IMG/VR virus record: IMGVR_UViG_3300037048_000077
Location: 1-33,729 of that record
Source: a virus
Taxonomy: Duplodnaviria; Caudoviricetes
Direction: 5' to 3' (one strand)
Length of the DNA stretch: 33,729 nucleotides
Shown: positions 15,769-25,428 of the stretch, piece after piece
How positions within the stretch are numbered: position 1 is the first letter of the stretch
Layout: every line of letters begins with the position of its first letter
The notes under the pieces: model-generated
Seen by the model: only the letters and a program-made list of their open reading frames with translations
What the model was told of the DNA's origin: nothing
Databases searched by the model: none
Made by a program: the position numbers and the translations under genes

Positions 15769-16155
15769 CTAATTTTTCACTTCCGCAATTGGTTTTTCAG
15801 CCGTCAATGATTCAATGCTCGCCAATTTATCGGTCAGTTCAGTTGGGATTGGCGTTATCTCTTTCCCTGTCTTGACCATTTCGTTTCTGATTTCAACTAA
15901 CACTTTGGCAATGACGGCGATGTTTTCTTTGCTGATTTGGTCTTGCAGTTGTTGCAGTTGCTGCTCCTTCGTCGGCGTCTTATCAATGGGGATGATTTCG
16001 CCGGTGGCTTGGTCTATCGTTTCGCCTATTTGCGGGCCGCGAGGCAATTCGCCGATATAATCAAAGCCGTTACTCTTGGCGTAATCACGCGCCAATTGTT
16101 CGGTCGCAGTGCAAAGCGTACTGAATCTGTTATCCTTTTTCAGCATGGCAAACAT
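15769..16155 (-). CDS. Hypothetical protein, possibly fibre assembly chaperone
   Basis: Coupled to the upstream fibre gene (TAATG); coiled-coil C-terminus. Confidence 0.45.
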   Translation of the reverse strand: MFAMLKKDNRFSTLCTATEQLARDYAKSNGFDYIGELPRGPQIGETIDQATGEIIPIDKTPTKEQQLQQLQDQISKENIAVIAKVLVEIRNEMVKTGKEITPIPTELTDKLASIESLTAEKPIAEVKN

Positions 16156-17207
16156 TACAAGCCCTCCCCAATCCAACCAAATATCGTGTAGTACAGATCA
16201 CAATCCGTGTGCTCAACCCACAAATCCACTTGCCCGTCAACGCCAAAAATAACCGTGCCGGAACTGGTTATATACGCGTTTGCATTTGCAACCTGATTTA
16301 TAACGGACAGACGATAAGCGTTTGAGCCAGATGGCCCGGCTCGAAAAGATTGGTAGGCAGTAGATGCGCAAACACCGGAACAGTCGGAAAAAGAGCCATT
16401 CGCCCACGCCGGACGAGTGGCGTTAATGTCAAACTTATTGGCCATTGCCGCGTTTGTCGTATTGGTCGCATACCACGTAGATGCGGTTGGCGCGTCTGTA
16501 AAGCCCGCAAACCCATAAGAAGCACCGTAGGAATTTTTGAATAGCGTCACCGGCACCCTCGGCACATATGGCAACGCGGTTAAAGCCGTCGCAGTAGCGA
16601 TGACCATGCCGTTGTCAATGTAATACAGCGTCGCCGTTGACTCGAACGAAATGCCAATGTACACATACGTCGCATCACTCGGAATTGCCGCTGAAACAAA
16701 CAGCCGCTCCCAATCCGTGTTGTTGCCGTGATAACTGGAATAAGTTATCGTTCCGCCTGTCCCGTCACTCGTAACAAACAATCTCGCGGCGCTTGCCGTA
16801 GCGGTTCCAAGCTTCACGTCAAAAGCCACGTTCAAATAAGTCCCCAAACTTGCAGCGACGAACTGTTGAAGGTACTCCGCCGCCGTCCAGTATTGCACCA
16901 GTTGCGGCTTGCCCGTGACGTCTGAGGTTGTAATTTTAACCGACTTTTGTGATTGCCCGGTTATAGTCGTTCCGCCGTCTTCTATTTTAATTGAGTCGGC
17001 AGAGTTTAGCGTTTTCAACTTCCATCCCGGATATTGGCTGTTCTTGGTCGTCGCGCTTCCGGTCAGCGTGTGGATTGCCGCCGTATGCGTCCCCGGCAAC
17101 ACGGTCTCGAAAGACGGATTGAGCAGTAGGTTTGTTCGGTCGGCGGATACGAGCGCCCTATTCTGCGCCGCCGTCAACCCACCCGGTAACATCAATTGCG
17201 TAGCCAT
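16155..17207 (-). CDS. Carbohydrate-binding-domain tail fibre/spike protein
   Basis: NLLLNPSFE...DWERLFVS...YYIDN resembles a CBM4/9-like jelly roll. Confidence 0.6.
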   Translation of the reverse strand: MATQLMLPGGLTAAQNRALVSADRTNLLLNPSFETVLPGTHTAAIHTLTGSATTKNSQYPGWKLKTLNSADSIKIEDGGTTITGQSQKSVKITTSDVTGKPQLVQYWTAAEYLQQFVAASLGTYLNVAFDVKLGTATASAARLFVTSDGTGGTITYSSYHGNNTDWERLFVSAAIPSDATYVYIGISFESTATLYYIDNGMVIATATALTALPYVPRVPVTLFKNSYGASYGFAGFTDAPTASTWYATNTTNAAMANKFDINATRPAWANGSFSDCSGVCASTAYQSFRAGPSGSNAYRLSVINQVANANAYITSSGTVIFGVDGQVDLWVEHTDCDLYYTIFGWIGEGL

Positions 17208-19669
17208 TATGAAATCTCCACTGTCCAGCCGCTACCAAAGTTCTCAGCCACAAACTCCGTGGCACTCAATCGTTTTACATGTATCAAGTCACCAATCGTT
17301 GCAGAAGAAACGTATCCAGCCGCTTTGCTCACTGTCCCACCCACACGGATTGTGGTTGAAGCAGGAGCAGTGATTTTCAATGTGTAGGCAGCAGTCACTC
17401 TGAACCAAAATTCATAATCCACTGTCGTGCTATCCAAAGTATGATTCACTTCAGCACTCGCACCCGTATTATTGAATTCTTTCATGTTATCAGCATCTAC
17501 TACAGAGTGGGTGGCACTGGTTACAGATTCAGAAGTTTTACTCCCGCCCGTAGCTCCTGTCGGGCCAACGGCACCAGCCTGAGAAGTGACGCTGAATACG
17601 CCATCTTTAATCGTTCCTGATGCCGCTCCAATATCCAATTCCGTTCCACTGTTTTGATACACAATCACTTCCAAGTAATCAGAAGAAGTCAACGCCAACG
17701 TGCCTGTTTCGATGTGAAGCGTTGATACATAAGTTCCATCAGGATTCTTATCATAAATAATTTCACTCACTCTTGTCGTGCCGTTTTTCCGAATGTAGGC
17801 ATAACGAATACCACCAGCATTGACTTCAAATTGAACGTTGGCGGAAGCCGTGTATTTATTTGTCGCCGGAACTGTAATGCGTGACGGGTTGGTTGAATTG
17901 TCGTGCATCGTTCCCGAGTCGTGGTCTTCACTATTCCATGTCGCTGCCGTCTCAGTATTGTTGGCAATTTCCTGAACGGCGTTATTGAATACCGTACATG
18001 AATCCAATCCCGCAGCCGTATGAACGTGGTCAATCCGTGCTGCCGTCATTCCGCTACCTGCAGAAGCAACGGCACCTATCGGTTGTGGAGTAGTGGCATC
18101 AAACAAAGCCTTATCACTTCGTGCCGTTTCCCCATTATCTATGGCCAATACACTTCTCAATCCTGCCGCAGGAGCAACCGCCTTTGGTTCCAGCCCGTGT
18201 AGAGTTGTCGAAGCATCCAGCGTTGTCACATCAGTGGGCGCGGCAAGTTCATCGAGTTTTATCGCATCAGCCCCTCCGCTCTTATGGCGTGTTGCATGAG
18301 TCAACGCCGCATAAAGGGTATCAAAATACGTTTTCAACGTGGACTTGATTACACTCCAAAGAACTTTTTTTGGATAATACTTTGTGGGCGTTCCGTAGGG
18401 GTCTTCGCTGTCTGCAATGATTATCGCATCAGCGTCAACTGGAGGATTCTTGGCCGTTGAAGCGGTTATTTGTACGGCGATTTTTTCCTTAGTGGTCACA
18501 TCTGCGCTTTGTTCGATTCCGTCCAACTTGGTTGCCTGGGTCGCCGTCATATAGCCGTTGACTAAATTCGTCGCCGCCTGTATTGCAATCACAGGCGCTC
18601 CCGTCGCAATCACCGTCGGGGAATTTGAAAGCGTGATTGGGGCGGTTGCGGTAAGGGTTTGCTTATTCGCAATTGTCTGCGCCCCGTCCGCGACACTCGT
18701 CACGTCGCCGGAGTGGTTCGGGTGAGCGTACTTATTGGCTTCCGCTGCAATCCCGTCCAACTTCGTCTTGTCCGCCCCGGTCATCAAGCCCGCATTCCCG
18801 CCTGCCACCGCACTGGCTACGGTGTCGCCGCCTGTTACGTGGGTCGCGGCATGGGCAGTCGGCGTCCGCGCATCGGCCAACCGCGAATCATTTGACGCGA
18901 CAATTCCACCGTGCGCATCGGTTGACTTTCCCTCGTGCGTGGACAACGCAGACGCCACAACCCCTGCATAATATTGCGCCGCACCAGCCGCATCATACAA
19001 AGAGTTCAACGCGGTTTTAATGGCGCTCCACAAGACCTTTTTTAAACCATAGCTTGCAGCACTGTCGGCAATTCCAAATTCGTCATTGTCGGCCGGTGTA
19101 GTTTTTCCGTCGGCCGCGTGGATCGCTCCTGCAACGTCACCCGTTCCGCCGGTCGCTTCCGCCCAAGCTCCGTCTTTGCGGCCGTAGGTTTTCCCGTCGC
19201 TCGGCGCGTCGTTTTTCGCCGCCATTGTTCCCGCGTCGGACACTTGAGAAAGCGGGTGCGTATGACTGGTCGGCGTTCGCGCATTGGTCATCCTGCTGTC
19301 GGCGTCAGTTACAAATTTATTTCCACTGCCCGGCGTGCCGCTTGTGCCGGCCAATGCCGCCTTTTCGCCGGCCGTCGGGTGTGATACAGCCGCAACGTGT
19401 CCGGCCACGGCCGCCGTCGCCGCGCCAGCCGTTTCAAAATCGGCTGGTTTTTTCCCAGAATCTTTTATCGCTTTTCCACTGACACCAGAAAAAGAAGCGA
19501 AGTTGTCCCCAACGGCTGAAGCGGGTCCAACAACATCGCCGCCGTCGATTTGCGACTTCAGTAATCCGCCGGGAATAGCCTTGTTTTCCCCGTCTTGCAC
19601 AATCGGAACCAAGTCATCAATTTTAAACTCACTGGCTTCCGGCAGTTGAGAAATTTTCCTAGAGGCCAT
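17207..19669 (-). CDS. Long tail fibre protein
   Basis: KISQLPEA N-terminus; Ala/Thr/Gly-rich; repeated GLM..DKTKLDGI and ARTPT.H modules; C1q-like segment; GAVGPTGATG. Confidence 0.8.
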   Translation of the reverse strand: MASRKISQLPEASEFKIDDLVPIVQDGENKAIPGGLLKSQIDGGDVVGPASAVGDNFASFSGVSGKAIKDSGKKPADFETAGAATAAVAGHVAAVSHPTAGEKAALAGTSGTPGSGNKFVTDADSRMTNARTPTSHTHPLSQVSDAGTMAAKNDAPSDGKTYGRKDGAWAEATGGTGDVAGAIHAADGKTTPADNDEFGIADSAASYGLKKVLWSAIKTALNSLYDAAGAAQYYAGVVASALSTHEGKSTDAHGGIVASNDSRLADARTPTAHAATHVTGGDTVASAVAGGNAGLMTGADKTKLDGIAAEANKYAHPNHSGDVTSVADGAQTIANKQTLTATAPITLSNSPTVIATGAPVIAIQAATNLVNGYMTATQATKLDGIEQSADVTTKEKIAVQITASTAKNPPVDADAIIIADSEDPYGTPTKYYPKKVLWSVIKSTLKTYFDTLYAALTHATRHKSGGADAIKLDELAAPTDVTTLDASTTLHGLEPKAVAPAAGLRSVLAIDNGETARSDKALFDATTPQPIGAVASAGSGMTAARIDHVHTAAGLDSCTVFNNAVQEIANNTETAATWNSEDHDSGTMHDNSTNPSRITVPATNKYTASANVQFEVNAGGIRYAYIRKNGTTRVSEIIYDKNPDGTYVSTLHIETGTLALTSSDYLEVIVYQNSGTELDIGAASGTIKDGVFSVTSQAGAVGPTGATGGSKTSESVTSATHSVVDADNMKEFNNTGASAEVNHTLDSTTVDYEFWFRVTAAYTLKITAPASTTIRVGGTVSKAAGYVSSATIGDLIHVKRLSATEFVAENFGSGWTVEIS

Positions 19670-20185
19670 TTACTCGCCCTCCACGGGAGCACCGTTTTCA
19701 AGCAGTAAATAATTATCGGCGGTCGTGCTGTCCGTTTTTTCTTGGTACGCAATCGCCGAAATTTCGACAACTTCCGTAAATTGGCGCATTTCTTTTAAAT
19801 GTTCCGGCAGCGCCGACAACGGAACGTGTGACGCAAGCACCTTCACCGTTTCCAGTCCAACCAGCTCGATGTTGTGTAGATATTGCGCAATTTCAAACGC
19901 CAACGTTTCGAGGCTGTCCGCAGAATCGTCCTCTTCCGTTTCGTTTCCCGGCAAGCGTTTTTGGATGCCAACGTCAACGCGATAATCAAACTTTACGTGT
20001 TTGCGCGTAATCGGTGTTTTTTCTGAACTGCGCGGCACCACGGTTACGTGGATCGTATTCATTTCCTTGACCGTCGCCGAAGGCATTCGTTTTCGCGTCG
20101 CGGAAAAATCAACAGAGAATATCCCTTCAGGAGCCGCGTTAAGCGAATCTGTAATTTTATCGGCGATTACAGTCAGCGTAATCAT
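19670..20185 (-). CDS. Tail terminator-like protein
   Basis: 171 aa; position after head-tail joining gene; VDVGIQKR. Confidence 0.55.
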   Translation of the reverse strand: MITLTVIADKITDSLNAAPEGIFSVDFSATRKRMPSATVKEMNTIHVTVVPRSSEKTPITRKHVKFDYRVDVGIQKRLPGNETEEDDSADSLETLAFEIAQYLHNIELVGLETVKVLASHVPLSALPEHLKEMRQFTEVVEISAIAYQEKTDSTTADNYLLLENGAPVEGE

Positions 20186-20478
20186 TATTTTTTATCCTCA
20201 AACGCGTCTTCGGCCCCTTGCAAATGGTAGCACCTGTCAATGGCTTTTGTGTTAGAGCGCAGCGCATCGAGCATTGTTTCCTGTATCCACTTGGCTTGCT
20301 TTTCCATGCTGGTGCTCATCCGTTTTTCACGCTGCCAATCGCGCCACATGACCAGCGCCACAACCAAGCCAGCCAGCCCCCATTGCATGAATAATTCCGG
20401 AGTAAGTTCGCTTGGGACAACCACGCCAACGGCGACCAGCGAACCCAAAAACAAAGTGGCGGTAAATTTTTCAATCAC
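20185..20478 (-). CDS. Holin-like membrane protein
   Basis: 97 aa with two hydrophobic segments and a charged C-terminus. Confidence 0.5.
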   Translation of the reverse strand: MIEKFTATLFLGSLVAVGVVVPSELTPELFMQWGLAGLVVALVMWRDWQREKRMSTSMEKQAKWIQETMLDALRSNTKAIDRCYHLQGAEDAFEDKK

Positions 20479-20870
20479 GATGGAATCTCCGTTTCAATCT
20501 CTTGCGAATGAATGCGCATGGCTTTCCGGTATGAGTCGCACCAGCGATAATGCGATTCGCCAACCGGCGACGTAACTTCAAACACCAAATAAGAAGCCCC
20601 GTCGTTTTGTTCCAGCAAGATTTTGTCACCGCGTTCCGGCATGAATTCTTCACAGCCAAACAGCAGATCGGCCGGGTCAACAATCCAATCGCGCGTTTCG
20701 ATTTCCTCAAAAAAGCCCGTGCCCGTATCCACCCGAAAACGGGACCGGCCCCGCACCGCAACCAACGCCAACGAATCGCCATTCTTGCGCCGGTAAATAA
20801 CATCCGTGCGCCGATTGGCTTTATTCGTCGTGCGCAAATAATCCAAAGCATCGTTCAGGACGTCGCTCAT
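20475..20870 (-). CDS. Head-tail joining (head closure) protein
   Basis: ETRDWIVDPADL....PERGDKI; start moved to ATG 20870. Confidence 0.7.
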   Translation of the reverse strand: MSDVLNDALDYLRTTNKANRRTDVIYRRKNGDSLALVAVRGRSRFRVDTGTGFFEEIETRDWIVDPADLLFGCEEFMPERGDKILLEQNDGASYLVFEVTSPVGESHYRWCDSYRKAMRIHSQEIETEIPS

Positions 20871-22525
20871 ACGTGGGCAACCTCCTGTATTTCCACGCCC
20901 GCCGCTTGCAACAACGGCAAAAGATATTCCGGCTGTGCCAGTTCTTCCGGATTCCACTGACGCGCGGCAAGCCAGTGCAGATAATTTTCAACGTCCGCTT
21001 GCTCCGGCATCCACCCCTTGAGCATCTCGCGCAAATCTGTTGCCAAGGTTGCCACCGTTGTTTTTTTGACCGCGCCCGCATGGATGCCCAAAAACGGCCC
21101 AAAGGCCAAGCACGGAATACCGGCGGCAAGCGCTTCATTCAGCGCGTTGGAATTTATCGCAATACAAAACCGCGCGTTTTTCAACGCCTCGGCCAGGCCG
21201 CACCCGTGCCGCGTTCGCGCATATTGCATCTGTTCCTGTTCGGCATTCATTAGCGGCAGAATGTTGCGCCGTAAATCAACATGGCTGCATTGCGGATGGG
21301 GTCGGAAATATGTCGTGACACCTTCCGGCATTGCGTTGCGAATTTCCCGCTGCAACGGCATTGGCCCCTGAATCTCGCTATCAAAAAGCTGTGTATCACT
21401 GGCAACCTGCCCAAGCACCAAAACATATCCTTGTTTGTTTATCCGCATTGGTGCAACTCCATCCGGATAAAAGTTTTCAAACCTTTGGCGTCCGCATTCT
21501 GGGGCAGGCATTCGCAATAATTCGCGCCATGACGCCCAATGCAAAAAGCCTTCGTGGTCGGCTTGAACGTACCGGTCACGCTGAAAAAAAACATGCTCCG
21601 TGATCAACGTTGGAATGCGCATCCGTTTGGCTTGCGTCAGTAATTCCGGCCGTCTTTTCCCGTTCCAGAATACGACGACATCAGGCACCGCACTGCACCG
21701 GTCCAGCAACTCTTCTTTGCCGGACGGTTCGGCGACCTCAACGCGGAAGCCGCACGCATTTAAGCCGCGCACCAAGCCATTCATACGGTGTTCGCGATTG
21801 CGCAAGAGGCTTTCGTTTAAAACAAGCATTGCCAGCCGGTCGCCGGAACCATAAACCTTATTACAGACCTGTTTGGGCAAGTCTGGTTTTCCGGCCGCCC
21901 AGAGGTGCATGGCAAACGGCAACTGACCGCCGGTTTCCGGTTCAAGTTCGCGCATGATTTCCGCACGTTGGCCGATAAATTTCACGGCATTTAATTGGCC
22001 GGCGGGAAACCACCACGGCCAGCCGGAAAGCTGCACTTTTTCCGGATGCGCACTGGCCAACTTTACCATGGATTGCGGCCCGAATGCCGTCCGCTCTTCA
22101 GGCTTTTGCTCGGCAAAAATTTTATCCAAACAAGGCCACGCCGGACAATCTGTCGAACCGGCAAGGATGCCATTGGCAATATACAGATTTAAATTTTTTT
22201 GATAGTGCTGACGTGCTAAAAATAAACGACTGCCATCAATCCCCCACGCTTCAACCGCCGCATCGAGCGGGCGCAACGGCCAAAAGTCCGTGTCAAAATA
22301 CCAACCGCCAAACCGCCGCAACGCCGACACCCGCAACAAATCAGAGCGGGAGTCGAGTCGCTGAACTTTCGCATACGTTTCTTTGTACTGGTCAAGGAGG
22401 ACGTCTTCACCGTGAATTTTGATTTCGTAATCAGGATTCAACCGGCGAAATTCGGCAATGTTTTTTTCCGCCCATGCGGGAAGCGGCGAACCAATCCAGA
22501 CAAAGTGAATAATTTTTGGAATCAC
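20867..22525 (-). CDS. Two-domain glycosyltransferase: GT32/Och1-like DxD domain + capsule-synthesis (KpsS/KpsC-like) domain
   Basis: IPKIIHFVWIG...SDLLR...GGWYFDTD; C-terminal VLGQVASDTQL, FRPHP, INSNALNEALAAGIP. Confidence 0.8.
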   Translation of the reverse strand: MIPKIIHFVWIGSPLPAWAEKNIAEFRRLNPDYEIKIHGEDVLLDQYKETYAKVQRLDSRSDLLRVSALRRFGGWYFDTDFWPLRPLDAAVEAWGIDGSRLFLARQHYQKNLNLYIANGILAGSTDCPAWPCLDKIFAEQKPEERTAFGPQSMVKLASAHPEKVQLSGWPWWFPAGQLNAVKFIGQRAEIMRELEPETGGQLPFAMHLWAAGKPDLPKQVCNKVYGSGDRLAMLVLNESLLRNREHRMNGLVRGLNACGFRVEVAEPSGKEELLDRCSAVPDVVVFWNGKRRPELLTQAKRMRIPTLITEHVFFQRDRYVQADHEGFLHWASWRELLRMPAPECGRQRFENFYPDGVAPMRINKQGYVLVLGQVASDTQLFDSEIQGPMPLQREIRNAMPEGVTTYFRPHPQCSHVDLRRNILPLMNAEQEQMQYARTRHGCGLAEALKNARFCIAINSNALNEALAAGIPCLAFGPFLGIHAGAVKKTTVATLATDLREMLKGWMPEQADVENYLHWLAARQWNPEELAQPEYLLPLLQAAGVEIQEVAHV

Positions 22526-23205
22526 AGACACGCCCTCCGCAATTCCATGTAGCTGAGCACCTTGATATTTTTTTCTTTCAGCGATTCAGCCAACCGCGCT
22601 GAGGTCAAAATCGAAAACGCCGCCGCCCTGCGCGCCAGAATCGAGCCGTCACCTGTTCCGATTCCAAGCACTTCCGTGGAGTGGTCGGAAACATGCTCGG
22701 CGTAAACCGTGTCCGGTTCCATTTTTAAAACGTCGGGCAAACCACAGACAACTTTGGGCCCATTCACTTCGGACGCCAAGCCGTATTTGCGGCCCAACTC
22801 CGCCAATAAACTGCGCGGGACCGCAAACATGTGTGAAGACAAATGCGTCACGTTCGGAATGAGCCTTTTCGCCATTTCAATTTGTGCGCACAATTCTTGG
22901 TGCATTTCCAGTCTGTCGGCCCGCTGTACTTCTTTGGCCGTTTTGTGAAAATAACCATTCTCATCAACGCATGAAAACTGCGTGAGCGGTCGCCACTTCA
23001 GGCCGTCCCATTCGGACGTTAAAGTCAGATGAACTCCAACATCAATTGCCGGGTATTTGCGAATGCACCGCGCGGCGTCGAGAAACCACGGCCCGGGCAC
23101 CATCACTTCAAGCGACCGCGCCACGCCGTCACGATAGGCGTCAATTGATGCCTCGTTTACGGATCGGGCAATCCCGACATCATCAACACGGATAGCGATA
23201 TTCAC
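22522..23205 (-). CDS. YdjC/ChbG-family carbohydrate deacetylase
   Basis: IRVDDVG, DVGVHLTLTSEW, THLSSHM. Confidence 0.85.
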   Translation of the reverse strand: MNIAIRVDDVGIARSVNEASIDAYRDGVARSLEVMVPGPWFLDAARCIRKYPAIDVGVHLTLTSEWDGLKWRPLTQFSCVDENGYFHKTAKEVQRADRLEMHQELCAQIEMAKRLIPNVTHLSSHMFAVPRSLLAELGRKYGLASEVNGPKVVCGLPDVLKMEPDTVYAEHVSDHSTEVLGIGTGDGSILARRAAAFSILTSARLAESLKEKNIKVLSYMELRRACL

Positions 23206-23206
23206 T

Positions 23207-23830
23207 TTACCAATCCCTCGGATGCCACAAGTGAACAAGCTGCTCCATTTCGGCACGGTCAATTTTTGCCTGATTTGCAACGCAATGCGTAAATGTCGTG
23301 TCGTCAGTCCCCGGCCCAGACGGACATTTCATCCAATCGAATTCCGGCCAGCCGCCGACTTTCCAAAAAAGTTTTTTGGACAACACACAATTTCCCGTGC
23401 CAATACCAAGTGAAGTTTTGTTCCAATCTTCCATGTGCTGCCAGCGATATTTCGGGAATAGTGCGCGTCCGTTTAGGGCGCTTCGCAAGCCAACATGAAA
23501 CAGTTCAAGCGGCACCAACATATCCGGCTGGATGATCGCCAACACATCGGCAGATGCTTCACGCGCCGCCGCGTTGACACACCGGCCCCGACTGAATTCG
23601 CCGGCCAACTGGAGCAACTTGCACGGGATCGGCAAGCACGCGTCTGCCAACCAATCTTTTGGCGGAAGATCGGTGCTTTCGTGATCGGCACAAATTATTT
23701 CCATGTCAATTCCGGCGTTGGCGCATTTGACCAAGGACTTAACGCAGCGCGGAAACAGATCGTAATTCCGGCCGTCAAGCGTGAAGCGGGAACGGTTGCG
23801 CGTCGCAATCAACACGGAAACAGTTGGCAT
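23207..23830 (-). CDS. GT2-family glycosyltransferase
   Basis: VSVLIATRNR, ICADHESTD, FSRGRCVN, VGGWPE, GTDD, HLWH. Confidence 0.85.
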   Translation of the reverse strand: MPTVSVLIATRNRSRFTLDGRNYDLFPRCVKSLVKCANAGIDMEIICADHESTDLPPKDWLADACLPIPCKLLQLAGEFSRGRCVNAAAREASADVLAIIQPDMLVPLELFHVGLRSALNGRALFPKYRWQHMEDWNKTSLGIGTGNCVLSKKLFWKVGGWPEFDWMKCPSGPGTDDTTFTHCVANQAKIDRAEMEQLVHLWHPRDW

Positions 23831-24396
23831 TAGGCGGTCGCTCCTTTTTGAATCCACGCATGACTTGAAGCCAGCGGCCCATTGAAGCGCAATCCATTTT
23901 TTGCAGACCATTCGTCAATGGCGGCGGCCGCTAAAATTTTTGACGACGGCAACCAATCGTGCGCGACCAAGATTCCACCATCCGCCAAGCGCGGCCATAT
24001 CCAATCAAGCGCGGCCATCGTCGGCGCGTATTGGTCAACGTCCAAATGAACAAACGCGAACGGGTTTAAATGGATTTGGAAAAATACATTTGGCACAAAT
24101 CCTTTGAAAACAATTGCATTTGGTTCCGCCGCAACCCGGTCGGACGCTTCGACACCGCCGTTCAGGCAGCCTTTTTGATATTGCAAAATTCCATGCTCGT
24201 CGCGGTCCCGCTCGGTCGGCTGATCCATGCCCTCGAACGAATCTATGGCCACGCATTTTCGCTTATGTAAAGCGGCAAATTTGGCCATCGGCACAAACGT
24301 ATCCCCGCGCCAAACGCCAATCTCGGCAAAATGGCCGGGAACGCTTGCCACTTTTTCGGCCAAAAATTTGATTTGCTCGAAGGCCGCTCTCGTCAC
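23830..24396 (-). CDS. TylF/MycF-family O-methyltransferase
   Basis: GHFAEIGVWRG, DSFEGM, FVHLDVDQY, GGILVAHD. Confidence 0.88.
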   Translation of the reverse strand: MTRAAFEQIKFLAEKVASVPGHFAEIGVWRGDTFVPMAKFAALHKRKCVAIDSFEGMDQPTERDRDEHGILQYQKGCLNGGVEASDRVAAEPNAIVFKGFVPNVFFQIHLNPFAFVHLDVDQYAPTMAALDWIWPRLADGGILVAHDWLPSSKILAAAAIDEWSAKNGLRFNGPLASSHAWIQKGATA

Positions 24397-24869
24397 GGCA
24401 AAATCCCCTTGAAGGCGTCCAGCGATTCATCTGAAACGAGGGTTGTTTGCACCGCCAATTTAGGCATTTTGAAATCAAGCCGGTTTGCAAACTGTTTCAG
24501 TTCCGGTTCCATCTGGTAAAGTTCTACGTTTTCCGTGTCATGCACGACAAAAAACCGCGCGAACTTCCGCAACTTTTGAAACACCGGCACGCGCTCCCAT
24601 GACTTCCCGTCAACAAAAACCACATCCCAAAGTTCGACAATCGGCGCAAGGTCAAGGCAGATGACAAACTCGTGTTTTTCATCTTCGAAGATTTTAAACT
24701 CGCGCGCCCAACGCGCTTCCGTTTCGACAGTCACCAACCGCCGGTTACGGCACAGCGCATGAAGCAACGGCGTCGAGTAGAACCCGGCTCCGCATTCCAA
24801 CACCGGCCCTTTGGTCGCCGTAATAACAGCCGCCAAAACCGGAATGTGAGTTGCGTAAGGGTCAAGCAT
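24393..24869 (-). CDS. Class I SAM-dependent methyltransferase
   Basis: VLECGAGFYST, WDVVFVDG, VVHDTE. Confidence 0.75.
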   Translation of the reverse strand: MLDPYATHIPVLAAVITATKGPVLECGAGFYSTPLLHALCRNRRLVTVETEARWAREFKIFEDEKHEFVICLDLAPIVELWDVVFVDGKSWERVPVFQKLRKFARFFVVHDTENVELYQMEPELKQFANRLDFKMPKLAVQTTLVSDESLDAFKGILP

Positions 24870-24884
24870 TCAACACCCCGAAAA

Positions 24885-24956
24885 AAATGAACGAAAAACA
24901 AACGGGCGATTCCCAGCCGTGAGCAAGCGGCACAAACTCGCCCACGACTGGGAATC
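24885..24956 (-). terminator. 20-bp stem-loop followed by a U-rich tract
   Basis: Minus: GATTCCCAGTCGTGGGCGAG / CTTGCTCACGGCTGGGAATC (3 G-U pairs), then GCCCGTTTGTTTTTCGTTCATTTTTT. Confidence 0.6.
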
Positions 24957-24969
24957 AAGGAAGGGCTGG

Positions 24970-25311
24970 TTATTGTTCCATCCGAACGTCAACAGTCGTG
25001 TCGTCGTCGTCTGCGGCAGTGACGACTTTGCCGACGTACTTGTTCCCGCTGGAAGTCGTGGTCACAACTTCGGAACTTGCGTTCCAATAAACCTTGGCAC
25101 CGGCCGTCAGGGCCGTCGAACTGCCAGTGGCTTTGGGGAATCGGATTACGCCTTGCACCTGCAACGCGCCCAGAGCACTTGCGGCAATGGCTCGCGGCGC
25201 AACACCAACTAAGTCGCCCTGAACAACAACGTCACCGGCGGCAACTGCGCCGCTGGGCGTGTAGTCCACCAATTCACCGGCGGATTTGAAAACAGCAACA
25301 GGAGCGGTCAT
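24970..25311 (-). CDS. DUF2190 capsid cement/decoration protein
   Basis: VDYTP..AVAAGDVVVQGDLVGVA...GAKVYW. Confidence 0.85.
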   Translation of the reverse strand: MTAPVAVFKSAGELVDYTPSGAVAAGDVVVQGDLVGVAPRAIAASALGALQVQGVIRFPKATGSSTALTAGAKVYWNASSEVVTTTSSGNKYVGKVVTAADDDDTTVDVRMEQ

Positions 25312-25428
25312 GGTTTTCTCTCTTTCTTTTTCTAAGCTGCCGGGCTACTTGTCCTCAGTAGGATTTTCACCCGGCGGCTGATTTGGTTTCGGAAACTGCA
25401 TTTACCAAACTAACGCCTATGCTACGGA

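Noticed and set aside
9401-19669. Diversity-generating retroelement acting on receptor-binding genes
   Set aside because: No reverse transcriptase and no TR/VR pair seen.
21395-21420. Gapped self-match of array 1 (CT.GG.CA.GT) in the glycosyltransferase gene
   Set aside because: Only 4 consecutive dinucleotides (8 nt) match, which is expected by chance in 34 kb on two strands. My scan was not exhaustive.
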